From: Oxalobacteraceae bacterium
GTDB taxonomy: Bacteria > Pseudomonadota > Gammaproteobacteria > Burkholderiales > Burkholderiaceae_D
Reading direction: 5' to 3'
Length of the DNA stretch: 64,000 nucleotides
Assembly (NCBI GenBank): GCA_027483625.1
Contig: JAIXUJ010000021.1
Location: 20,690-84,689, forward strand
Shown here: piece by piece, positions 38,327-45,815 of the stretch
Position numbering within the stretch: position 1 is the stretch's first letter
Layout of the letters: every line of letters begins with the position of its first letter
Program-made: the position numbers and the translations under genes
Notes under the pieces: generated by a model
Told to the model about the DNA's origin: nothing
Database searches by the model: none
What the model saw: the letters and a program-made list of their open reading frames with translations, nothing else

Positions 38327-39955
38327 TCAGAAACGCTTGTTGATTTCAAATCCAACATAGCGCACGTGGATATCGCCTTTGACGTTCTGGCCGGCATAAG
38401 GGTTGTAGATAATGTTCAGGAAGTTGCTGCAATTGAGATTGCAATCGGTGTTCGCTGGCACGTCGTAGCGCCCCGTCATATACGAGGCAGTGACGCTGAT
38501 ATCGGTGGTCTTGCTGAGTTTGAAATTCAGTCCGCTACTCAGCAGCTTGGTATTCGGCAGTGGTGCCAGCAAGTCGATCTTGTCGTTCGGCACCGAGGTT
38601 TTGCGCGGTTCGAAACCGAAGCGCAGGGTCAGCCGGTCGAACGGAAACAGTTGCAGGCCGTAAGCGAAATTGACCAGACTTTTGTAGCCGCGCGGGATCA
38701 CCAGCTTGCCCGAATCGGGGATGCCGTACAGGCGCGCCACTTCCAGCAGCTTGATGCTCTGGTCGAACTGGAAGCGTAGCGCATCCCATTCGCTCCAGCG
38801 CGCGTAGCTGGCGTCGACATTCAGCTGCACCAGCTGGATGGGGCGCAACTTGATGCCTACCTGCAGGTGCGACGGGAAGGGAATGATGGCGCTCATATTG
38901 CCCTTCTGGGTGGCCGGAATCGAGCTGGGGAAACCCAGCGTGGCGCCAGCAATCGGTCCCAGCAGACTGGCGTTCATGCCGCGCACAAAGTTACGCAGCA
39001 TCGGTTCCGTGTCGAACTTGTAGTAGCCGGTGTAGTGGGTCTTGGAACCGCCCTGATACACCACGCCGAGCGCGAAGCGGGGATTGGGTTCCCACAGCAC
39101 GCCGAGGTTGAGGGTGGGATCGAACGGCGCGGTCATTTCCAGGCGCATATTGGCGGCCTTCTTGAACGGGCTGACCATGCCCTCTTTACCGCCGCCGCAC
39201 ACGCCGAAGCCGAGCACGTCGATGATGTTGCCGCCGTCTTCCGGGCACCAGCCTTTCTGCAGCTGGCCGAACACGCCCAGCAGCTCGTTCGGGAAGCGCA
39301 TATTGGTATCGACCACGAAGGCGGCGTGGGCAATCGGCACGGCCACGCCGAAGCGCAGCGTGTCGGAATATTTGTAGCCGACCGAGGGCGACAGATACAC
39401 CAGACGCTGGATCTGTTCCTGCCGCCCCTGATACTGGCCCGGATCGTTGGGATCGGTGGTGCGGTCCAGACTCATGGCCTGCGCCATATAGCTGTCAGTG
39501 GCAAAAGTCCATGGCGAACCGGCCTTGTTCCATGCCATGCCGACGCCCGGCACGGCCACGGCGGGCAGGCGCCAGCCCGGCATGCCGTAGCCGGGTACGA
39601 ACATCACCTGACGTACCGGCCCGGTACGGGTGTTGGAGAGCGGATCCTCGGTCCAGCCGCCGATGTCGAAATTGGCACCGGGCTTGAAGCTGGCCGAGGT
39701 GCGGATCGAGGCGACAAAGTTGTGGATCGATTCGCTATCGCCCGTCAGGCGTGCCAGTCCGGCCGGATTGAAGTGGATCGAGGCGATACCGGGCGGATCG
39801 GCGGTGACGGCATTGCCGAGCGACATGGCGACCACACTGGTGGTCAGATTTTCCGTCAGCGCCGCGTCGCTGCTGAGCGGCCACAGGGCGGCGCAGGCCG
39901 CCGCGATAGCAGTGGCGGCAAGGCGCGGACCGAGCGGGGCGGTGTGCGGGAACAT
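38327..39955 (-). CDS. FadL/TodX-family outer-membrane transport protein
   Basis: 542 aa with a signal peptide, IHFNPAGLARL near the N-terminus, alternating beta-strand pattern and a terminal ...INKRF. Confidence 0.75.
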   Translation of the reverse strand: MFPHTAPLGPRLAATAIAAACAALWPLSSDAALTENLTTSVVAMSLGNAVTADPPGIASIHFNPAGLARLTGDSESIHNFVASIRTSASFKPGANFDIGGWTEDPLSNTRTGPVRQVMFVPGYGMPGWRLPAVAVPGVGMAWNKAGSPWTFATDSYMAQAMSLDRTTDPNDPGQYQGRQEQIQRLVYLSPSVGYKYSDTLRFGVAVPIAHAAFVVDTNMRFPNELLGVFGQLQKGWCPEDGGNIIDVLGFGVCGGGKEGMVSPFKKAANMRLEMTAPFDPTLNLGVLWEPNPRFALGVVYQGGSKTHYTGYYKFDTEPMLRNFVRGMNASLLGPIAGATLGFPSSIPATQKGNMSAIIPFPSHLQVGIKLRPIQLVQLNVDASYARWSEWDALRFQFDQSIKLLEVARLYGIPDSGKLVIPRGYKSLVNFAYGLQLFPFDRLTLRFGFEPRKTSVPNDKIDLLAPLPNTKLLSSGLNFKLSKTTDISVTASYMTGRYDVPANTDCNLNCSNFLNIIYNPYAGQNVKGDIHVRYVGFEINKRF

Positions 39956-39976
39956 GGCGACAGGGTCCGTGGGGGC

Positions 39977-41002
39977 TTAGAAGTTGAGTGGCATGCTCAT
40001 GCCTACCGTCATGTTCGGCGAGTCCGGCGTCAGGCCGATACCGACCGACAGATTGACGGTGGTCTTGGGCGAGATGCGGTAGCCGAGGCCCATGTTGAGC
40101 AGGCTCGAGGTCTGCATATGGGTTTTCGCTTCCAGCCCGTCAGCGAAGCGCAGTTTCGAACCGGCCGAGATGGCTTGCTGGAAGGACAGTGTGGTGGAAA
40201 TGCCATACGACAGCGCATACGCAAAGCCCATGCCGAAGCCGACCGTGGTGCCCGGCTGGACGCGCGTCAGGATGCGCGTGCCGTTGACTTGCCACAGGTT
40301 TTTGGCGGGCAGGCTGGCGGTGACGTTCAGCGAGCCGAACAGCGCGACCGGATCGACGATGCGGTTCACACTCAGGCCGGCGGTCAGAGCGCCGACGCCG
40401 CTGCCGGTCGCTTCGCCGCTACCGGCGATGATTTTGAACGGGCTGCGTCCGGTTGGCAGACGCACATTGCTGGTGACGGTCAGGCCCGGCGTATCGCGGC
40501 GCGCTTCGAACGGCTGCCAGCGTGCACCCAGCGACAGGTCGCCCAGCGAATTGGAGGCGCCGTTGGACAGGTTGTTGTCCGAGTAGCGCGAGATAAACGG
40601 CATGGTGACGTTGCCGGTGAGGTTGTCGAGCAGGCCGTAGTCGACCGAGAAGGTGTTGGTGACGCTGTGCGAACTGGTGTTCTCGATGTTGAACAGGGTG
40701 GTGCTGCCATTGGCCAGATCGGTGACGATGCGTTCTTCGCCGATATAGGAATAGCTGAGGTCATAGGTCACGGACAGCTGCTTGCGGCGGATCAGCGAGT
40801 ACTGCTTATCGACGGCGGTCAGGGTCTGTTGCAGCAGCGCGCTCTGGTCGCCTTCGCCTTCTTTTTTGGCCAGCGCATCGCGCGCAGCGTCGGCACTGGC
40901 CGGTGTGCTTTGCTGGGCCATGGCGGGCAGGGCGACGATGCCGGTGAGGGTGGCAATGGTGGCGGCCAGTACGGTCTGTAGCGGGAACTTCATGGTATTC
41001 AT
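39977..41002 (-). CDS. Outer-membrane beta-barrel protein with an N-terminal helical extension (transporter / MetA-pathway-like family, tentative)
   Basis: 341 aa with a signal peptide (PAMA|QQ), a ~50-aa charged helical stretch (ARDALAKKEGEGDQSALLQQTLTAVDKQYSLIRRKQ), amphipathic strands and a terminal ...MPLNF. Confidence 0.65.
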   Translation of the reverse strand: MNTMKFPLQTVLAATIATLTGIVALPAMAQQSTPASADAARDALAKKEGEGDQSALLQQTLTAVDKQYSLIRRKQLSVTYDLSYSYIGEERIVTDLANGSTTLFNIENTSSHSVTNTFSVDYGLLDNLTGNVTMPFISRYSDNNLSNGASNSLGDLSLGARWQPFEARRDTPGLTVTSNVRLPTGRSPFKIIAGSGEATGSGVGALTAGLSVNRIVDPVALFGSLNVTASLPAKNLWQVNGTRILTRVQPGTTVGFGMGFAYALSYGISTTLSFQQAISAGSKLRFADGLEAKTHMQTSSLLNMGLGYRISPKTTVNLSVGIGLTPDSPNMTVGMSMPLNF

Positions 41003-41030
41003 CCTCGAGTAAGTGGGGGCTGCGGTGGGC

Positions 41031-41801
41031 TTAGTTACGGTGCATCCAGGAGCCTGCGGCGCCCGAATTGACAGCCCGCAGTAACTGCTGGGCAGAGTTG
41101 CTCATCAGGCCATCCTGCCGGCCCTTGTTGGTGACGCGATCCATGTCGGTCACCCCGAGTTCGCGATCGGTGAGTGCCAGCTTGGCCAGTGCTGGCTGGC
41201 CGGCTGGTGGCGAGATAATGAACAGGGTGTTCTTGTCCCACCAGCGGGCGAATTCTTCCACTGAAAAGACGATGTTGCCGGCCGATGGATCGGCCAGAAA
41301 TACCACCCCGTCGCGGATCCCGCGCAAGACCACGAAGTGCTTGGAACCGGCATAGTCGATCGGCACGATGGCCGGTTCGGTGAGCGTCATCAGGTCTTTG
41401 ATTTCGGCGCGGAAGCCGGCGCCGGACAGGCCCAGCGAACCGACGTAGCGCTTCATGTCGAGCAGGGAAAAACCGCGCCGCTCGATGATTTTTTCTTTCT
41501 CGCCTTTTTCCAGCATGCCTTCCATGGCTTGCTGTTCGTTGACCATCACGCCGAGGTGATAGTTGAGCACGGTAACCAGTGCGGCCGAGCCACAGCTGAA
41601 GTCGAAGGCTTGCCGGACGATGTTGTGGTACTTGAGTTCGGAGAACGGTTCGGCGCGGTAGGACTGTACGTAGTGGCCCCCGCCCACCAGATTCTGGGGC
41701 ATCTCGAACTGGTCACGCGGGCGGTCTTGCGGAGTGTGGCGTTCGATCAGGCCGGCACCGCCGATGACCGCTGCCAGCACGCCGATCAGGAGCATCAGCA
41801 T
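41031..41801 (-). CDS. Stand-alone membrane-anchored C39-family cysteine peptidase
   Basis: N-terminal TM helix (MLMLLIGVLAAVIGGAGLI). The catalytic set is present: Q64 and C70 (VRQAFDFSCGSAAL), H155 (SKHFVVL) and D171 (LADP). There is no fused ABC-transporter domain. Confidence 0.8.
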   Translation of the reverse strand: MLMLLIGVLAAVIGGAGLIERHTPQDRPRDQFEMPQNLVGGGHYVQSYRAEPFSELKYHNIVRQAFDFSCGSAALVTVLNYHLGVMVNEQQAMEGMLEKGEKEKIIERRGFSLLDMKRYVGSLGLSGAGFRAEIKDLMTLTEPAIVPIDYAGSKHFVVLRGIRDGVVFLADPSAGNIVFSVEEFARWWDKNTLFIISPPAGQPALAKLALTDRELGVTDMDRVTNKGRQDGLMSNSAQQLLRAVNSGAAGSWMHRN

Positions 41802-42329
41802 GGTTTCAGCCTGCCTTTGCAGTCTGTGCGGGACGCGCTGCGCGCGTGGGGGAAGGGTTTTTCCGGGGCGTAGGGTGAGCGCTGCCCCGGGGCGTCTGGC
41901 GCCCCATTGCTGGTGTCATCTGGTCTCCACTGCTAGTTATTGGAACGACCGTGCTTTTCTTGGGCTACGATGGTTTCCGGTTTTTTATTGATGCCATTAA
42001 CGCATGGCTCTATTCCGCAGGGCATGCTTTTTTTTAGAAATGTGACTCTAGTTCTTTTGTTGCAAAGCTGTGATAGCCGCAACAACTTATTTGCAACATT
42101 GCTCTCACTCTGTATGGCTCGCAGGGCCAAGCTGTTGGCTTTTCCGGTCAGTGCGAAACGATAGACCGTGGTTCAACAGGACTTTTAAGATGGACTCACT
42201 TAATAGCCAAATATTAAGATTTCACGCACCAGACAGTGCACCCCGACACTCCTACCCGGAGCCGAGGACAGGCCTGCGGAACGTGAGCCCATAAGACTAA
42301 AACCAACATAAAACCCGGAGATCACAAAA

Positions 42330-42839
42330 ATGCAAATCGTTAAAACCGCAATCGCAGCAGCCCTGGCAACTCTGGCATTCTCGGCTTCGGCCATGACCCC
42401 GATTCAAGACGCCGAACTGAGCACCGTCAGCGGTCAGGACGGCGTATCGATCGCCGCCAATCTGAACATCAAGATTGATTCCTTCACCTACACCGATACC
42501 GACGCAGTCGACGCCAACGGCCTCGGTGGTGGTTCGATCGCCTTCAACGGCATCAAAGTGAACGGCCTGATCGCTGCCAACATCGACATCCTGTCGAAAG
42601 CATCGTTCCTGCAAGCTGCAGGCGCTGCCGGCGTGACCAACCCAGGTACCTTCTACAACCCAGCCACTGGCGGCGATGTGGTGCAGATCGCGATTCCACA
42701 GAGTGTGGTCGCTGATGGTCACTACATGAACGTGTCGGTGGACTCGATCAAGATGGGTAACAGCGCTGCTTCCTTCGGTTCGGTTGCCATGAACCAGATC
42801 GATATGCGCGGCACCACCGTGTGGATCTTCGCACACTAA
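42330..42839 (+). CDS. Secreted fibre-subunit-like protein P1 (FilA/DUF6160-like, tentative)
   Basis: SD GGAGA. Signal peptide ...FSASA|MTP, then IQDAELSTVSGQDGVSI. It is beta-rich and ends FGSVAMNQIDMRGTTVWIFAH. Confidence 0.8.
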   Translation: MQIVKTAIAAALATLAFSASAMTPIQDAELSTVSGQDGVSIAANLNIKIDSFTYTDTDAVDANGLGGGSIAFNGIKVNGLIAANIDILSKASFLQAAGAAGVTNPGTFYNPATGGDVVQIAIPQSVVADGHYMNVSVDSIKMGNSAASFGSVAMNQIDMRGTTVWIFAH

Positions 42840-42992
42840 ATTGCATGACACTGCGCTGGCTCGCCGGGTCTGTAGCTTGGCCTGAAGAGTCAGCGTAGCA
42901 AGCTGGACGGTAATAAAGCGGCAACCCTAAGATGGTTCTGTAGCACATAAAAAACATACCAGATCTGGTACACAACATTCACGGAGACTTCC

Positions 42993-43502
42993 ATGCAATT
43001 CATCAAAACCGCAGTCGCAGCAGCCCTGGCAACCATCGCTTTCTCGGCATCGGCCATGACCCCGATTCAGGACGCAGAGCTGAGCACCGTCAGCGGCCAG
43101 GACGGCGTATCGATCGCTGCCAACCTGAACATCAAAATCAATTCCTTCACCTACACCGATACCGATGCACTCGATGCCAACGGTCTGGGTGGCGGTTCGA
43201 TCGCCTTCAACGGCATCAAAGTGAACGGCCTGATCGCCGCCAACATCGACATCCTGTCGAAAGCATCGTTCCTGCAAGCTGCAGGCGCTGCCGGCGTGAC
43301 CAACCCAGGTACCTTCTACAACCCAGCTACCGGCGGCGACGTGGTGCAGATCGCGATTCCACAAAGCGTGGTCGCTGACGGCCACTACATGAACGTGTCG
43401 GTCGACTCGATCAAGATGGGCAACAGCGCTGCATCGTTCGGTTCCGTCGCCATGAACCAGATCGACATGCGCGGTACCACCGTCTGGATCTTCGCTCACT
43501 AA
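42993..43502 (+). CDS. Secreted fibre-subunit-like protein P2 (tandem paralog of P1)
   Basis: 169 aa with 6 aa differences from P1, four of them in the signal peptide. SD GGAGA. Confidence 0.8.
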   Translation: MQFIKTAVAAALATIAFSASAMTPIQDAELSTVSGQDGVSIAANLNIKINSFTYTDTDALDANGLGGGSIAFNGIKVNGLIAANIDILSKASFLQAAGAAGVTNPGTFYNPATGGDVVQIAIPQSVVADGHYMNVSVDSIKMGNSAASFGSVAMNQIDMRGTTVWIFAH

Positions 43503-43515
43503 TCAGCTGAGCTTC

Positions 43516-43545
43516 AACAGCAGCCGCGTCAGCGGCTGTTGTTGT
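43516..43545 (+). terminator. Stem-loop after P2 (possible attenuator or mRNA stabiliser; no T-run)
   Basis: CAACAGCAGCCGC-gtca-GCGGCTGTTGTTG, 13 nt before the P3 ATG. Confidence 0.4.
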
Positions 43546-43558
43546 CTCTACACTCCCT

Positions 43559-44359
43559 ATGATGACGACCTTGCGTACCCGCTGGCTGCATGCGCTTGCC
43601 TTGCTAGCGATGATCTGCTGCACGCAGATGGCGACGGCACAGATGCGCGCACTGAGCGAAGCAGAACTGTCCAGCATGCACGGACAGGGCATCGTCGCGA
43701 TGAGTAATACCAGCCTGAATGGTTTTGATTTCAGTAAAGTGTCGCTCGATGCCGACATTACGCTGAGTGCCAATCTGCGCAATGTGCGGCTCGGTGAATA
43801 CACCTATGCAGCGCGCAACGGCAGCGGTGCCGATCTCGATATCGCCCTGTTGCAATTTGGCCGCAGCGATGGCAGCGAGGCGCAGCGCCTGGTGCATATC
43901 GCCAATCCCTATTTCGAATTTGTTTACCGCAATGCCGCCGATGGCGCCAGCCGCGAAGCGATCGGCATGCGCTTCGGTTTCGATGCCATCAGTGGTGACA
44001 TCGGTATGAAGATCAATACCCTATCCGGCTCGATGGCCGTGACGGGGCGCGCTGCCGATGGCAGTACCGTGCAACTCGATACGCGTAGCGATGCGCTGGG
44101 TGGCAAGCGCTGGGACGGTGGCTGCACGGCGCCCTGTCTGACGCTAGCGCAAGTGGGTGGGGTGACGGCAGGCGACGCGAGTGGCCCGAGCCGCGACTTC
44201 TGGATTTCGCTGCTCAAGACGGGCGTGCAGTTCCCCACTGCGACGGGCGTACCGGCTGCCGATGCGGCGCAGTCGGGCGTGTGGCTGAACTGGCGCGACA
44301 AGCTGCAGGCCATCAATACGAGCGGGCTGGTGCCTGCCAATCTTCCCAAGGGGCGCTGA
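43559..44359 (+). CDS. Secreted family member P3 (266 aa)
   Basis: Signal peptide ...ATA|QM, then ALSEAELSSMHGQG. It lacks the His-terminated C-terminal strand and has the only Cys pair in the mature parts of the family (GGCTAPC). Confidence 0.7.
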   Translation: MMTTLRTRWLHALALLAMICCTQMATAQMRALSEAELSSMHGQGIVAMSNTSLNGFDFSKVSLDADITLSANLRNVRLGEYTYAARNGSGADLDIALLQFGRSDGSEAQRLVHIANPYFEFVYRNAADGASREAIGMRFGFDAISGDIGMKINTLSGSMAVTGRAADGSTVQLDTRSDALGGKRWDGGCTAPCLTLAQVGGVTAGDASGPSRDFWISLLKTGVQFPTATGVPAADAAQSGVWLNWRDKLQAINTSGLVPANLPKGR

Positions 44360-45258
44360 TGACACGCCCTGCAGTCCGTTCGAGCTGGTCCCTGCGCAGC
44401 ACACTGTCGCTATGGCAGTGCCTGCTCCTTACCGTGTTGCCCGGTGCAGCGTTACCGGCACTGGCGCTCGAGCCGCTCAGTGATGCGGCCTTGTCGGCGG
44501 TGCGCGGGCGCGATGGCGTCAGTTTCGATCTGAACGGTTTCGCCATGAGTGGCGATGCACGCGTCAGCTACACCACGCCGCTCGGCACGACCTTGTATGT
44601 AGAGAAATTCAGTGCTTCGCGCAGCGATAATCCGCTGCCGTTTTCCGATCCGTATAAGCTCGACATCGTGCCCGGCGCAGCTGGACTAGCCGATGTGGTG
44701 AACATCGCGTTTCCCCTCAATACCTTCGGCGAGCAGCGCTGGCAGATGGCCTATGACTGGGGCGTCACGGCCGATGGTGTGACGCGCGAGCAGAGTAGTG
44801 TGGTGATCAAGGATCTGGTGCTGTATGGCGGCGGCATGCAATTCACCACGCCGCAGATCAATGACGGCGTGGCGTTCGGTGCGGCACTGCGCATGGATAT
44901 CGGCGAGCTGTCGCTGCGCGCACGCGGTCGCACCGATGACAGCGAAGCGATGGTGTGGCGCGGCATTCATGTTGGCGCGGTCGATGGCAGCGGTCTGTTT
45001 ACCAGCACGCCGTGGATGCTGGCCAATGTGGCCTCGCAACCGGCGGTGATCAATGCGCTCAGCGACGAAACCGGGCCGCGCCTGCACATCGGTATCGATT
45101 GGCCGGATAGCCGTTACGGTAGTGGCGTGGCGCCCGCCGGCGGCATCGTAGTCGATAATATTTCCTTTGTCAGTCCGAATCAGCCCACGGTGGATCTGGG
45201 CTCCTCGCGTATCGGGTCGATCCAGATCCAGTACCTCGATATCAAGTTCAAACACTGA
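44359..45258 (+). CDS. Secreted family member P4 (299 aa)
   Basis: The start overlaps the P3 stop (TGATG). ...ALA|LEPLSDAALSAVRGRDGVSF, and the C-terminus is IGSIQIQYLDIKFKH. Confidence 0.7.
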   Translation: MTRPAVRSSWSLRSTLSLWQCLLLTVLPGAALPALALEPLSDAALSAVRGRDGVSFDLNGFAMSGDARVSYTTPLGTTLYVEKFSASRSDNPLPFSDPYKLDIVPGAAGLADVVNIAFPLNTFGEQRWQMAYDWGVTADGVTREQSSVVIKDLVLYGGGMQFTTPQINDGVAFGAALRMDIGELSLRARGRTDDSEAMVWRGIHVGAVDGSGLFTSTPWMLANVASQPAVINALSDETGPRLHIGIDWPDSRYGSGVAPAGGIVVDNISFVSPNQPTVDLGSSRIGSIQIQYLDIKFKH

Positions 45259-45770
45259 TGGCGCGCCGATTCCTGATGCGACGTGCTGCGGCCTGCCTGC
45301 TGATGACGGGCCTGACGCTGGCCGCGTCCAGTGCCAGCGCTGGTGCTGGCACTGGTGCGGGGGCGCTGCGTGCGCTCGATGATCAGGAACTGGCGCAAGT
45401 AACTGCGCGCGATGGTATCAGCTTCGCTGCCCACATTTCGCTCAATGATCCGACGCTGGTGGGCGCGGTCAGCGATAGCCGGCTGTCGCTGGGCTTTAAT
45501 GGCGACGGGCAGAATCGCTACATCGTGTTCAAGAATGTGCGCGGTAAAGTGGATATGTTTGCCGTGACGCTGGGTGTGCAGACGCGTAGCGATGGCGGCG
45601 GCGATTATATCGCCATCGGCTTGCCGGGCTTTGTGCGCTACACCAATCTCGGCTTTGAATCGCTGAGCGTGCAGAACGATCCCACGGCGCCTGTGACGGG
45701 CAATCTGGGCAGCCTGAATATCAATGGCACCGTGTCCCTGCAGGGACAGGTGCGTCTGTGGTCACACTAG
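45258..45770 (+). CDS. Secreted family member P5 (170 aa)
   Basis: The start overlaps the P4 stop (TGATG). ...ASA|GAG...ALDDQELAQVTARDGISF, and the C-terminus is LGSLNINGTVSLQGQVRLWSH. Confidence 0.7.
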   Translation: MARRFLMRRAAACLLMTGLTLAASSASAGAGTGAGALRALDDQELAQVTARDGISFAAHISLNDPTLVGAVSDSRLSLGFNGDGQNRYIVFKNVRGKVDMFAVTLGVQTRSDGGGDYIAIGLPGFVRYTNLGFESLSVQNDPTAPVTGNLGSLNINGTVSLQGQVRLWSH

Positions 45771-45815
45771 GGAAGCACTGATTTTTTTTCGGTACTTCGC
45801 TTGTGTGCACCCGCC

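Noticed and set aside
42330-45770. P1-P5 as curli/Fap amyloid subunits, chaperone-usher pilins or type IV pilins.
   Set aside because: They have no Q/N-rich imperfect repeats like CsgA/FapC. The window contains no chaperone or usher gene. There is no class III G|F/MTLxE prepilin leader. Only the system logic resembles Fap, not the subunit sequences.
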